Positions 42,741 to 60,172 of a DNA stretch of 64,000 nt are shown piece after piece. The translations under genes and the position numbers were made by a program. Location: the NCBI RefSeq assembly GCF_009914755.1, contig NC_060925.1. One strand, given 5' to 3'. Numbering within the stretch: position 1 is the stretch's first letter; each line of letters begins with the position of its first letter. This DNA is from the human T2T-CHM13v2.0 reference genome, Homo sapiens. The notes beneath the pieces are model-generated. The model was not told the origin of the DNA. It made no database searches and saw nothing but the letters and a program-made list of their open reading frames with translations.

Positions 42741-44395
42741 TCATCATCGTCATCACAATGAAGACATATACAGAGTGCTAAATATGGGTATAATGAAGAG
42801 TTGGCCTTGCCCAGGAGGTGAGAAATATGAAAGCCCTTTGAAAACTGTGAAGTGCTAACTAAGGCTTTGTCTGGATTCATCTGGATTGTGGTTAGTCTCT
42901 GAATGGGCACAAGATTGCTCCTGTGTAATGCCTGGGGTGCTGTTTCTGCCTGAACTTTCTCTCTTGAAGGAGGCCAATTTCTTTCTCAAAATTCTACCTG
43001 GTGAGTGGGAAAGGCCCAGGAGTGGGTGGGAATAGGTTGAGAAATGCTTCTATCAGTTGCTGGAGCACAGAGACCAGTTCATATTTATGAGTTCATCATC
43101 TATTTTGGTTGGAAATCTCACAAAAAAATAAGAAAGCACAACTTCTTGACCAAAATTATGAGCAGAAAGGTCTGCTACTGTCCATCACTCATACTTTCAG
43201 GAATTGACACAATGCATTTCTCATTCACCAGTTCTATGCTAACAGTTAGGCATATGCAGATGTGAACACCAACATTATTACAAAACTTGAAGATCCCTTT
43301 TAAAATAGTCATAACTTATTAAATGTACATTATAAGGCTGGCACCTTTATATACATCATTTCACTTCATCATTATTAAAGCCCTATAAAGTAACTCTTTT
43401 ATTCCTGTTTTACAGATTTGGGAATGCAGTTAAATATATTATTCACTTGCTCAAGGTCATAATGCTAAGAAGTGGTAGAATCAAGATTTATATCCAGGCC
43501 CAAATTTGAAGTTTATAACTTGCATTTTTTCCATTACATGGTACGTGTCTTTTGGTTAGAGTTAGAGACAGCAGCTGGACTTCAAGAGTTTGGTAACATT
43601 ACTTACTTTCTCTTACTAAAGAAATGGGGTTGGGGGGAGGAAAGAGTCTACAACTGAGCTTTAAATTGGGGATTAGTGGAAGCATATTTTATAACATTTT
43701 AAGTTCAATGTCTTTTATTGGGTTGGCCTTGAAATGAAAGTCTAGGAAATAAGATGTCTGCTCTGAGATGGGGGTGGAAGATCCTGTACTTTCACATGCC
43801 TGTTAAAATTAGAGATGAAATATAATCAGTTGATGGAGGGCTTGGATAAAAGAAACTGAGACACATAACTGGCAAATATGAAAGTGCATGAAAGGGACCA
43901 AGACCCAGAAGATCGTAGAGAAAAGAGACGCATATCTCATTGCCAAGCTGGAGTTATTTCTGTTTAGAGACACCAAAGTTCTCCCTAAAACTTTTCCCTT
44001 AGTCTTGGTAATGTGAAACTCTGGGGGGGTCATTCCTACAAATTCTGCCCCCTTTGTGATCCCCTGTATAATTAGATCCATCCTTTTTAAGGAAGAGGAC
44101 CTGGCAGATATGTTTCATGGTTTATACGTAATCCAGTTCCTTTCATGCTTCCTGCTGTAAACTTTTGCCTGTACATTGTATTTTTGAGACCCTACTGCAA
44201 TCATTCCCAGGGTCGGAATGATCACAACCAGCTGACCAGACCAGTTAGCTGCTGTTTGGTTAACTGTTCAAGTAGATTGGAAGAAGAGGCAGTGAAAGAA
44301 CTGGGCAGTGAGAGCAAGGTAAGGACATTGAGAAGATGCATGCCCAGGGATTTTGGTCTTCCGTCTTCCTTTAACTTGTATTGTCCACATGAGAT

Positions 44396-44970
44396 TGTAT
44401 TAGTGAGGGTTCTCCAGAGAAACAGAACCAATCTGATATATATATAGGCATATAAGAGATTTGTTATGGGATTTGGCTCACGTGATTATGGAGGCCAAGA
44501 AGTCCCACAATATGCCATCTGCAAGCTGGAGAACCAGGAAAGCTTGTGATGCGATTCAGTTCAAGTCTGAAGGCCTGAGAACCAGGGGAATCGATGGTGT
44601 AACTCCTGGTTCAAAGCTGAGAGCTGGTGGGATGGGGAGTTGGTGGGGAAGGCACTGGAGTAAATCCTGAAGTCTGTAGGCCTGCGAACTAGGAGCTCCA
44701 ATTTCTGAGAGCAGGAGAAGATGGGTATCCCAGCTCAAGAAGAGAGAGAGAATTTACCCTTTCTCCTGCTTTTTGTTCTATTTGGGCCTTTAATAGATTA
44801 GAAGATGCTCACCCATACTGGGGGAAATGAATCTTCTTTACTCAGCATATTGATTTAAATTATAATCTTTTGCTACAACATCCTAATAGACACACCTGAA
44901 AATAATGTTTTATCAGTTAAATGGGCATCCCTTAGCACAATCAAGTTGACATATAAAATTAACCATTACA
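44396..44970 (-). mobile_element. MLT2 (ERVL) solo LTR
   Basis: 'tgtattagtgagggttctccagagaaacagaaccaat...ttggctcacgtgattatggaggc...caagttgacatataaaattaaccattaca', with TG...CA ends. Confidence 0.85.
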
Positions 44971-47900
44971 GAGATCAATCTTGGATAGGCTTCTCCTCTG
45001 GGTCCTCTCTAGCTGCCTTGTAAAATGCTAAGCTTCCAACTGTATGATTTTTCTTGTTATCACTTCTTCTATTCTTGGAAATTTAAAAAGCACTGGTCTC
45101 AGAGGGATTGTTCTCCCCTGCCCCACACCATGTTAGTTTTAAGTTTAATGATTTTCATAGTGTCCTTAAACTAACTGGTCTATTTTTCTATTGGCATAGT
45201 CAAATGGAGTTCACGTTTATACCTGCTTAAGAGTTAATTAGTTTAGTTTAAGAATCGACTTTATGTGGTTCTAGCTTTAACTCAAGAATGACTGAAATAA
45301 TAACCACAATAACAGTAACACTGAATAGAATCAATGAAAGAAAATCATACTGCAGGAGGGGATGGTGGTTGTTTCATTTGTATTATTTGTTTTAACACAT
45401 TCATTTGTTGCTGCCACAAAGATATAAAACCCATCATTCTTGACCTGTTCAACACTCAAACGTGTTTACAATGAAGATGATCACTATGGTCTCTTGAAAA
45501 ACATGAAAAAAGAAAAACAGTTAATGATCCTCTTGTTTGGTTGGGATGGTACCATTTGGTCCATACCTCTATTATGGACTTTATTAAATTGCATGGTAGT
45601 TATTGGTTAACCTGGCTGGCTTCTCCAATAAAATGCAAGTTCCTTGAGGGCATATTAATTAAAATTCATATTAATAAAATTTTGCTGTTCTTTGATTAAA
45701 TATTATCCAAAAGTCATAATAAATAAAGAATGAGGGGTCAAATTAATTAGGTTAATAAAATAACTGGGGCTGGCCAGCACAGCTAGCCAGCAGGGAACTC
45801 CCATCTAAATTCATTACCACCTGGCTATGTTTTGGCAACTCCTGATAGTAGTTGTCTGCTCTAGCCTAAATATTGATGGGGATGCTTCTGGGTCCTGTTG
45901 TTGGGATTTCCAGGGAAAGAGCAGTGATTCCAAACATCTCCTGGTTAGTGGTACCCACTTGGCCCAATTCAAGTAGATAGGTCCAGAAAAACATTAGGGA
46001 TGCTGGGACTTACCCTCCACTTCGCTGCTTCCAAAGACAAATTTACCACCATTTCCCCTATTTTTTCCATCCTGCCCCTCTTCTTCTTTCCACATTTTCT
46101 CTTTTTCCTCAAATAATAAGAAAGCTGTCTGCTAATTTGAGAATAGTGGCTGAATGGAAGAAGGAAGCCAATATCAGGGTCTTATATTCTAGTGCATTGT
46201 CATTGCAGGAGTTTTACTCTGTTAGATACTCAAAAAGTATTTGTTGAATTAATGAATAAATACAATTTGTCTCAAGCAATGACCTGAACTTCTTAAAGAG
46301 TCAGACAACAAAATGTATAAATAAACCAATACAAGGAATCAACATTTGGCACCACTAAATCCTGGGTGTCTAGCATACAGGCTAGCTAATAAAATACTAA
46401 TGACATACTAGCAAGTCTAGATTTTGAAAACTGAAGGAATTGCATGGCATATCTGCACACCAGATTAGCCTAAACTTCATAGTCAAAACTCTGCCCAATT
46501 CTAGGCTAAAAGAAGGTGTATATTGAAGGTAGCTGTGGTTGTGATCCAGGTTTAGATAATCGGTGCTGACAAATTATCTCAATCCAATCAATGACTGAGT
46601 TTATCAGAAGCTGAGATTTATTCTTTTTGAGGGCTAGTCTATTTCTAGTCCCTGTTTACTCCTAAGTGTAAATCAGTGCAACAGGATGACATAACAATCC
46701 TAAATATAAATGTATCTAATAACAGAAGCAAAACGTGACATAACTAAGAGGAAAAATAAACAAATATCTAATTATAGTGAGAGATTTTAACAACATAGCT
46801 TTCTTTAAGTAATTTATAGAGCAAGTAGATAAAAAATCAGTAAGGATAAAAAGCCCTGAGCAGCACAATCAACAATTTGACCTAATTGACATTCATAGAA
46901 CAATCTACCTTATACAGCAGAATAAACATTCTTTTTAAGTGCCCAGGAAACAGTCACCAAAATTAATCATACGCTGAGTCATAAAATAACTCTTAATACT
47001 TTTAAAAGGTTAATATTATATATAATATATTCTCTAGCTACAATAGAATTAAATTATAAATCAATTAAATTAGAAATTAATAATAATAAAATATCTAGAA
47101 AAATCTCCAGATATTTGGAAATTAAACATTTATAAGTAATCCATGTTTCAAAGAAGAAATCACAAGAGAGATTAAAAAATATTTTTAATTGAATGAAACA
47201 AAACCAGAAAAAACACTTCACAATAAAATAAAACTAAAGATCTTTCAAGGATATAGATGCAAAAGCCTTACTAAAATATTGGCACACAGAATTGAGCAAT
47301 ATATAAAAGAGATAATTAAAAAATAAAAAAGGATATTATAAGACCAAATGGGGTTCTCCCCCAAAAAATGCAAGGATGGTTTAGTGTCTGAAAATCAGTT
47401 AGTACAATTTACCATATCTGCAACATAAAGATGCAAAGCCATTTGATCAACTTGATAAATGCAGAAAACATTTGAAATGATTTAATACTCATTCATGATT
47501 AAAATGCTTATGCTTTCAGATATAACTTCCTTAATCTGAAAAATGGTATCTATGAAAAAATTCTGCAGCTAATATCATACCTAATAGTAAAATATCAAAT
47601 GCTTTTTCCTTGAGATCAGAAAAAATTCTCTCACCACTTATATTGAAGGCTGTAACCAATACAATATGGCAAGCCAAAGAAATGCAGTATGAAGTTTGAA
47701 AAAGAAGAAATAAAACTATCTTCAGATGGCATGATGTGTATGTTAAAAATTCTAAGGAATCTAAAAAGAAGTCTCTAGTAGAATAAATACATTTGGAAAA
47801 TCATGGGATATAAAGTCAATATACAAAAATCAATCTTATTTCTATATACCAGCAGCAAAAAGTTCAACAATAAAATTAAAAAGTATCATTACAATAGCAT

Positions 47901-48234
47901 CAAAAACATCAAATACTTAGAAATAAATTTAATAAAATGCAAAATGCTTGCGCTGAGAAGCATTGTGGAGAGAAATTAAAGAAGATATAAACAAATGAAG
48001 AGATATATCATGTTCATGGATTGGAAGAATCAGTATTGCTAAGATGCCCATTCTCTCCAAATTGATCTGTAGATTCAGTGCAATCCCAATCAGAATCCTA
48101 GAAGATTTTTTAAATGTAAATTGACATTTTGATTCTGAAATATATGTGGACATGCAAAGGACTTTAATAGTCAAAACAATTTTGAAAAAGGACAAATTTG
48201 GAGAATTTTCATTATCTATTAAAGAAATACTTTA

Positions 48235-48534
<300 letters not shown>

Positions 48535-49852
48535 TTAAAACTATAGTAATTAAGACAATGTAGTATTGATGTAAACACAGAAAAAAATAGATGAATGGAA
48601 CAGAATATAGAGTCCAGAAAGAGATATACATATATGATCAATCGATTTTTGACAAATCAACAACTCAAATCAGTAGAGGAAACGAAAACCTTTCCCCATA
48701 TGGTGCTGAAACACCTGAATAAATGTATGAAAAATATGAAACTTTACCCTTACCCCATATTACTACACAAAATTAATTTGACATGGCTCATAGACCTAAA
48801 CATAAAATTTAAAACTATAAAACTTCTAGAAGAAACCTTCAGAGAATATTTTTTTGTGATCTTGGGATGGAAAATATTTTTTAAAGAGGTCACAAAATAC
48901 ACTAACCAATAATAAAAAAAAGTTGATAAACTAGATTTATCAAAGTCCAAAACTTCTGCTCATCAAAAGATGTCACCATTAAAATGAAAAAGCCAGCCAC
49001 AGTCTAGGAAAAAAATATTTGTAAAATATAGATTTGACACAGAATTCCTTTCACATATATAAAGAACTTTTACATATCAATCATAGAAAGATAATCCAAC
49101 AAATATAATGGGCAAAAGATCTGAATAGAGACTTCACAAAAGAAGATACATGAATGACTAATAAGCACATAAAAATGTGTTCAACATCACTAGTCACCAG
49201 GAAAATAAAGATTAAAACTACAATAAAATTTCACTATATACCCATCATAATGGGTAAAATTAACAAGACAACACCAAATGTTGGCAAGGATGTGAAGCAA
49301 CTTGAACTCACATTCATTGGTGTTAGAAGTTTCAAATGGTACAGCCACTTGGCAATAGTCTTTGAAAGTTTTAAAATGTCACACATACACCTATTATATA
49401 ACCAGGCAATTTAACTATTATATATTTACCCAAGAGAAATAAAAACATGTCTGTAGAATGAGTTGTGCAAGAATCTTCACAGCAGCTTTACTCATCAAGT
49501 GTCCACAAACAAGAGAATGGGTAAACAAATTGTGGTATATCCATACAATGGAATACTATTCAGCAACAAAAAGGAACAAACTACTGGTACACACAACAAC
49601 ATAAATGAATTTCAAACATATTATCCTAAGTTAAAGAGGCCAGGCACAAAGGACTATGATTTTATGACTCCATTTATATGAAAAATTAGAAAAGGCAAAA
49701 TTATAGTGATAGAAATCAGATCCATGGCTGCCAGGGGACAAGGAATCAAGGGTGGGTATTGACTGTAAAGAGGCTAGAAGGAATTTTTTGAGGTGATAGA
49801 AATGTTCTTATCTTGGTTATAGTAATGACTATATGATCCTATACCTTTGTGA

Positions 49853-50224
<372 letters not shown>

Positions 50225-51874
50225 TAAACTTTACTGTGTGGAAATTATACCTCAATAAAGGTTATTTAAAAACACGACCTTATGAGGGTAGATATTTATT
50301 ACCCTATTTCAAAGGTGGGAAAAGTAGGATCACAGAGGTGATACTATCTTGCCTAAGTTCACACATCAAGTGAGTGGCAAGGCCGGAATTTGAACCTCCA
50401 TATGTTGTTGATGCCAAAGGCCATATTCTGTTATACAAATAATTTAAAAATGATTGTGCAGGTGTATATTACTTATACATGCAGGTATATTTCATTTCTT
50501 AAACTAGCATGGAAGCTCCTCAAAGGCAAGGACTTTCCTATATACCTCTTTTCTAGTTCCCCAACTGGCTTGCAGAATGCTCTGTAGCAGAGTCAGGAAG
50601 TCTGTAGACCTGAGCTTGTCCATCACTTGTGTGTGCGGTGACTTTGAAGGGATTGTGGGGTGTGTCAGGGATATTGATCCCCTCTGTCCTCCAGGCATCT
50701 TGAGTCTCTGGGCTTATGGACCTGGCTGACATCAGCTTTATGTGCTGTACAAATATGATCATTTTCTAATCCCTGAAAAAGGTGAGGAAGCACTGACTTG
50801 GACAAGAAGTGCTATTGAAATTTGAAAGGAAGAGGAGGTAGCTCTGGCTGAGATGCTCTCGGTTGAGAACCTATGGGGAAAACCTTGCTAATCAGTGAAG
50901 AGGGAAGGGAGTATGTGGAAGGGGAAGAGAAGAATGGATTGGACTAAACTGGGCTTAACATATGTTTGGGGACAGTGGGCAGGAAGGTCAGGCTGGATCT
51001 GGGGGTATGGAGATGTATTCCAGAGGGGGATGGACACTTTCCTGGTGAGGGCCTGGCCTCTGGGCTAAGGAGTTGGAATATGCTCAGCAGCACAAAGCCT
51101 CCTGGTCCAATTTCATCCAGGAATTGTGTGTGGGTGTGTGTTTGTGTGTGTTTTGTGTACGTGTGCACACGCGTGTAGGAGGATGGGGATATGGAAGGAA
51201 AAGTGTGTATGTTTAAGAATAATGTGCTGTTCCTGGACTTTATGGCTGAGGGTCGTTCTGGATGCTGGAAGTGCCAGGCCCTCACCCTGGAGGCTCTGGG
51301 GAAGTCTGGCTTTCCTTTTCACACAGTATTTTTTTTCCCCAGCCCCTAGCTCTTTTCCCCCCGGGGGGAGGACATCTGTGGGGACGGTTCCTGTTTCCCC
51401 ACCATTGCAGGCCCTGGCCTTCCTGAACATGATATGATTGTTTCTCTGGGCACAGTGCAAAGATGCCAATGGAGAACGGAAGTATCTCATGCCTTAGCAA
51501 TTTTTTTTAAGGCAAAAAAGAAAAGGCTATTGAACTTGGGAACCCTGGACCTGAAGTCCTCTCTTCCTGGTGTGGAAGTGGGGACATTGTACAGGGTCTG
51601 CCAATCAGCCCTGTGGGCCAGATCTCCAACAAGGGAAAGATTTGACTCCCACCCATCCCCTAAGCAGTAACACTGGCACTAAATTCCTTCCTGTTCTCAA
51701 ACTGCTACTATATATTTATGCACTGCTCCCTTGGGAATCTTGGGACATGGAAATGGAGAACTTTGTTCTCTTTCTCACCTTCCTCACTTTTCATATCCTC
51801 ATCCCTTTTTAATATTCTTTCATTCATTCACTCATTTATTCCCTTGTTCAGCAAATATTTCTTGAGTACCTACC

Positions 51875-52630
51875 TGTGGTATAATAAGAAATACATTTGG
51901 TTTTTGTCCCTTATTCCTGGCACAGAGCTCCTAAATCCCTTGGAAGTTCCAGAATTATAGGAATGTCCTTTGTTATGCATATGGAGCCCTTTCAGTCCCA
52001 CTGGAGTTTATGCTGATGATGTGATTTAGGGTTAGGGACCCCTAGATAGCCTCAGGATGGGGCTGCTTACCAGAAGGACAAAATGATTAGAAGGTTGGTA
52101 CTTTCAGTCTCACCCACTGACTTCTTGGCAGAGGGGAGGGGACTGAAGATTAAGAAGCTCTATAAAAACTCTTAAAGAACAAGATTTGATGAGCTTCCAG
52201 GCTGCTCAACACCTGAAGGTGCCAGGAGGGTGGTGGCCTCTGAGAGGAACAACCATCTGGTTGTTCCTGAGTTAGATCCTTTATAACAAACCAGTAAACA
52301 TAAGTAAAGTGTTTCCCTAAGTTCTGTGAGCCATTCTAGCAAATTATTAAAACTGAGAAGAAGGTTGTGGGAACCTCTGATTTATAGCTGGTTGGTCAGA
52401 AGTATCAGAGGCCCAAACTTGCAATTGGCATCTGAAGTGGGGAGATAGTCTTGTTGGAATGAGTCCTTAACTTGTAGGATCTGACATTAACTCCAGGTAG
52501 ATAGTGGCAGAATGGAATTAAATTGTAGGGCTTCCATCTGGTGTTCAGAGAGTTGGAGAATTGTAGAAAAAACTCATACATCTTGGGCCAGAAGTGTGTG
52601 AGATGGTGGAGAAACAGTGTGTGTGTTTTC
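51875..52630. mobile_element. MER21-like LTR element
   Basis: 'tgtggtataataagaaatacatttggtttttgtccc...gagctcctaaatcccttggaa...gcaattggcatctgaagtgggg...taactccaggtagatagt'. Confidence 0.75.
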
Positions 52631-52859
52631 CCAGACTACTTTGTGACAGGTATTGTGTTAAATACTAACAATATAGCAGTGCTTAAGGAAAACCTCCCAT
52701 CCTTGACCTCAGTCACTTATAGCCTGATGGAAAAGATCCATTATGTTCAGACATGGTTATACCAGGCATGGAAAGACAGAAAGTACATAAAAAGAGAAAT
52801 GGCAACATAAAGAAGCATATCTCAGAGCTCTATGTAACCTGAATTTGTGTCTAATTCAC

Positions 52860-53165
52860 CTTTTTGTTTTGTTTTGGTTTTTGGTTTTTTTTTTTGAGAC
52901 GGTCTCGCTCTGTCACCCACGCTGGAGTGCAGTGGTGCGATCTCAGTTCACTGCAACCTCCACTCCCCAGGTTGAAATGATTCTTCTGCTTCAGCCTCCC
53001 AAGTAGCTGGGATTACAAGTGGCTGCCATCACGCCTGGCTAATTTTTGTATTTTTAGTGGAGATGGGGTTTCACCATATTGGTCTTGAACTCCTGACCTT
53101 GTGATCCGCCCACCTTGGCCTCCCAAAGTTGATGAGATTACAGGTGTGACCCACTGCGCCTGGCC
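52860..53165 (-). mobile_element. AluS SINE
   Basis: T-rich tail followed by a reverse-complement Alu ending 'gcgcctggcc'. Confidence 0.92.
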
Positions 53166-54070
53166 TGTAATTCATCTTTAACTCTGTTATAACACATATT
53201 ACAACACATGGCACATAATAGGTACACCAGGACTATTTGTTGAATGAATAATGATGGTGTGAATGAGAAGTCACATAATATAATACAAAAAGAATAGAGA
53301 CCCTGGAATTTCACAGACCTGAATTTGATTTCCAACTGTACTCCTTCTTGGCTGGTATGATTTTGGAGAAGTAGGATAACCTCTGTGAGCCTCAGTTTCC
53401 TCATTTGAAAAGTGAGGATTATAATACCTATTGCATGGGAATTTAGTAAGATTTAATGACTAAGGATTAATAACTATGTAAAGTATATAAATATGTAAAA
53501 AAATCTGGCACATAAGTGATCAATAAATAGTTTACACTAGCTTACACCATTCTTTGGTGTTATTAATAATAAAGGCTACATGAATAAAAATAAAGGTTAA
53601 ATGAATAGTACAGAAAAAAGTTACAGAATTATGGAGGAAGGCGTGGCTACAGAGCACTGAGGCTCTTATTGAGATGGAGCTGGACTGAACTGTACTTGGA
53701 AGGTAACCCACACTTGGGTAAACAGAGAAGGAGAAGGCAGCACTGGGCATGGTAATGGCAGGCTTCTGGGACAGGGCAGAGGAGGGAACCGGGAGGCAGT
53801 GGAATGGGTGGACCAGCGTGGAAAGCTCCTTCAGGAAGCCAGGCTCAAGAGCTTGCCCTTGATTCCCTTGACATTGAGTCTCACAGGTGGAGCTGCGATG
53901 TGCTAAGTGATGTTTTAGAATAATCAGTCTGGGGTAGTTATAGGGTCAGGGAGGCAGGGAGAATAGTTAGATTACATAACAATCCAAGTGGCCCAGGGAC
54001 CTAGATTCAGGGGACAGCAGCAGGATGAAAATATAGTATGGATTCCTCCTTGTTCCTCCACACTATATTT

Positions 54071-56655
<2,585 letters not shown>

Positions 56656-56859
56656 GAAAGTATAGTATTGATTTGACAGACTTTGAGGTAGAAGAATCAG
56701 CAGAACCAGCTTTAGAAAGCTTGTCCAGGATCATAGAGTTAGAAGGGAAAAAACAACCCTCTTCTCAAAGAAATGGACTCCACTGGGAACCTTCAAGGGG
56801 TCTTTTCCAAAACCTCTGCCACATTAGCCTTTGGTTCTGATGCTTTTTTTTTTTTTTTT

Positions 56860-57885
56860 GTCTAGACTGTGTTTTTTTGCTTTTTGGCATATCTTGTATT
56901 TTTTTGTTGAGAGCTTGTCAGCCAGACTCCTATTGAGTTCTATATTAGGTTTGAGAGGCTGAAGAAGAGACCGAGTCAGAGAACGAGACATAGGGTTTAC
57001 TGAGGGAACTTACATATAGGGTGGACCAGTGGTGGAGGGCTGGGACAGGAAAACCACTACCATTTGTGGAAAGCATGCAGTTATATAGATCAGGTGAGTC
57101 TGCATTCTTGGGGATATGCTTAAGTTATTGCCAGCAGGTGCATCTGCCATACAAAGCTACACATCTGGTTAAAAGAAAGAGGAATATTGGCCTTTGGTGT
57201 GAGGTTTTGTTTTTCTGGCTGGGAGTTAGGTGTGTTTACTGTTTGCTGTAACCGTAGTGTCAGATGATAAAATTCCCTCTCGTGTCTTTGCTTTTGTTTT
57301 CTCTGTTGTCTTTGGGTTTCTCTAGAGACTCTTTCTAAAATAGGGTCATGGAAGGCTTGAAGGGGCTGGAACTGGGTATTTCCTTCCCCCAAGGCAGTTA
57401 GGTTCTGGTAAAATAGTTTTCCTTGAAGGCAGCTTTCTTAAGGAGAATAGGGCTCTCTGGGAATATTTTTAAATGGTTACTTTGTCTATCTCCGACCCCT
57501 TTGCTGGCAGCATCAGGGGATTTTTCTTCAATTTTCACAATAAGAACCTGGTGGGGGTCCTGAAGGTAAAACTCAGGAAAGTGTTGGGGACCCTCGAAGA
57601 CAGCTGCTACCCCTCAGTGTTTAACTCTCAAGCTAGCCCACACTAAACCTGCAGCAATTCATCCATTATAGTGTCAGTGTTTCTTCTGGAATTGGCTCCA
57701 GCTGTGGTCTTTTGCGCCAGTAAACTGTAATTCTCTGTATTTGCCTCATTGTCTCTCCAGTTTTCAGGACGGCTGTTTGTCCTGTGATTTTGGTTCTCTG
57801 ATGGATCTAAGAAGAGTTGTTTGTTCAACTTTTTTGTTGTTGAGTGGATGGGAGTGCTGACTTCCAACTCTGTACATGTTGGATC
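56860..57885. mobile_element. Probable old L1 5'-region fragment with a nested LTR-like segment
   Basis: 'gacttccaactctgtacatgttgg' and neighbours resemble an antisense L1M 5' end. 56920-57140 ('acgagacatagggtttactgagg') looks LTR-like. Family uncertain. Confidence 0.45.
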
Positions 57886-59669
57886 GTTGATCAGAAGACC
57901 CAGGGGCCTTTTGATTTGGAATAAACTTACCTTTGATTGGCTGGTTTGAAAGCCAGAGAAAGCAATTACCTTAACTTTTAGGAGTGAAGGAAATGGGTCA
58001 TTTTGTTTTTTTTAATAGTGATTTCTTATTCATTTATTTCTCCAAAATATTTTTTGAAGGTCTTACTGTACATTGCACTGTGCTGGGCTTTGTGGGAGTT
58101 AGAAAGAACAATAAGACATGGTTCTTGGCCTAAGACTATATGATATTCTCCTAATTCCATCCACCCCCACCTCGAAGTTGTCTTCCACACCTTAAGCTTG
58201 TTTTCTACATTTCAACCAGTGGCAGTGTAGCACACGAAGTAGCACGTTATTGGAATCAGAGAGATCTTGGTCCAAATTTTGGCTTTGCTACTCACTGGCT
58301 GTATATCTTGTGCACATTTCTTAGCCTCCATAAGGTTGATAATAGCCTATTTCATTGGATTTTTATGAAGATTAACTTATAGCCACATGGCATGTAGGAG
58401 GTAGTCAGTAAATGGTAGCTGTTTAAATTATTTTCTCTGACAATACCAGAATTCTGTTGATGAGGTGCCAGGAACTCTTAGACAAATAATTTCTTATCGA
58501 AAAAATTTTGGTAAAATGTCCATAACCTATAATTTACCATCTTAACAATTTTTAAATGTGGTTTAGTATTAAGTAGATTCACAGTGTTCTACAACCAATT
58601 TTAGAAGTTTTTAATCTTGCAAAATGGAAACTCTATACCCATTAAATGACTCTTTTTTTTCCTTCCCCTAAGTCCCTGGCAACTACAATTTTACTTTATG
58701 TTTGTAGGAGATTATGAGATAATGTCTTTTTTCAAACATGAGTATGAATATTCATCTGGAATGAGACCTGAAGGCTTCACATCACTCCCTGGGGCAGTAT
58801 TTGGTATATTAATGCAAGAAAATATATACACCTTTGTCAGGGCCTAACTGAATCAATAGGTAGAGCCCTGTGTCCTCCCAGCATGATCCCTGGCATCACT
58901 GGCAATAAGCCAGTGATTTCTCCAGGTTGTGTTCTCCATGATTTCAAGGTGAAAAGTGTGGCACTGTGGTCCCTGAGCTGCAGCCTCACCTTCTCATGCT
59001 GTGTGTTAAGGTAGTTGCTGCGTCACTCGAGCTGTGACTTGTAACCCTGGTCCCCATTAGGTTCAGATTCTAAGTTTATGTAGGTGACTCCCACACTTCT
59101 GGCTTAAGCTTCAGTCTTGAATATTGAATTTATCTAGATGTTTCATTGGCACTTTAAACTCAACAGCGCTAACCTGAGCTCAGCATCTTTCCCTCGAAAC
59201 CTGCCCTTAGTTCTGTGATCTTCAGTCTGTAAATGATGTTTCCCTATTTCCAGCTTCCTAAGCCTTATTCTTTGGAATCTTCCTTTGATTTTCTGTCTCT
59301 CCTTCCCCCTGATGTTCCATCTACAGCCAAGACCAGGTGAGTCTAATTTATATCTCTCCTGTCTTCCCTCCAATCCCATTGTCACTATTGCTCAAGTATT
59401 CTTTGCTTCTTGTCAGGGAATCATGAGCTTCTCAAGAGTTTTGCTTAATTTCTTATCTTGGGAATCTCTCTCTTTTTTGCTCCAACTCATCTTATGCACC
59501 ACTGACAGATGACTGTTCAAAAAACCTGTCTCCACTCACATCATTGCACACAACATTTAATATCTCACAATTGCCTTCAGGTACAGACAAGATGTATCAG
59601 TCATGGGTCAGATATATCAGTCTGGTACTGAGGATTCTCCAAGATTTGCCTCTAATTCTTTCCACATAT

Positions 59670-60172
59670 ATTAACTAATTGTCTATTGCAGCATAATCAA
59701 AATGTAATGGCTTAAAACAGTACACATTTACTCTCTAACAGTTTTTGTGTGACAGGAATCTGGTTATGGCTTGACTGGGTCCTCCAGCTTAGGGTTCTCA
59801 AAAGACTGCAATCAGGGTGTTAGTTAGGGCCACAGTCAATGCAAGGTTTGACCGGGATGGGATCTGTTTCCAAGCTCAGCCAGAGGTTACTGGCAGGATT
59901 CAGCTCCCTGTGGGTCATTGGATGGAGGGCCCTGGTTCCTCACTGGCTTTTGTTTGGAGGGTGCCCTCAGTTTCTTGCCAATTGGGCACCTCCATAGGGT
60001 AGATCATAACACGGCAGCTGGCTCCATCAAAGTTAATGACAGGAGAGGGAGAGACCAAGATGGAAGTCAGTCCAGTCTTTTAGAACTTAATTGGATTGGG
60101 AGGCGAGTATGGTAACAGGGTGTGAGTATCAGGAGGCAATCAGTGGGAGACATTTCAGAAGCTGCCTACTGT
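59670..60172 (-). mobile_element. MLT1 (MaLR) LTR
   Basis: 'tggcttaaaacagtacacatttactctctaacagttt...caggaatctgg...ggcaggattcagctccctgtggg...gggtgtgagtatcaggaggc'. Confidence 0.75.
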
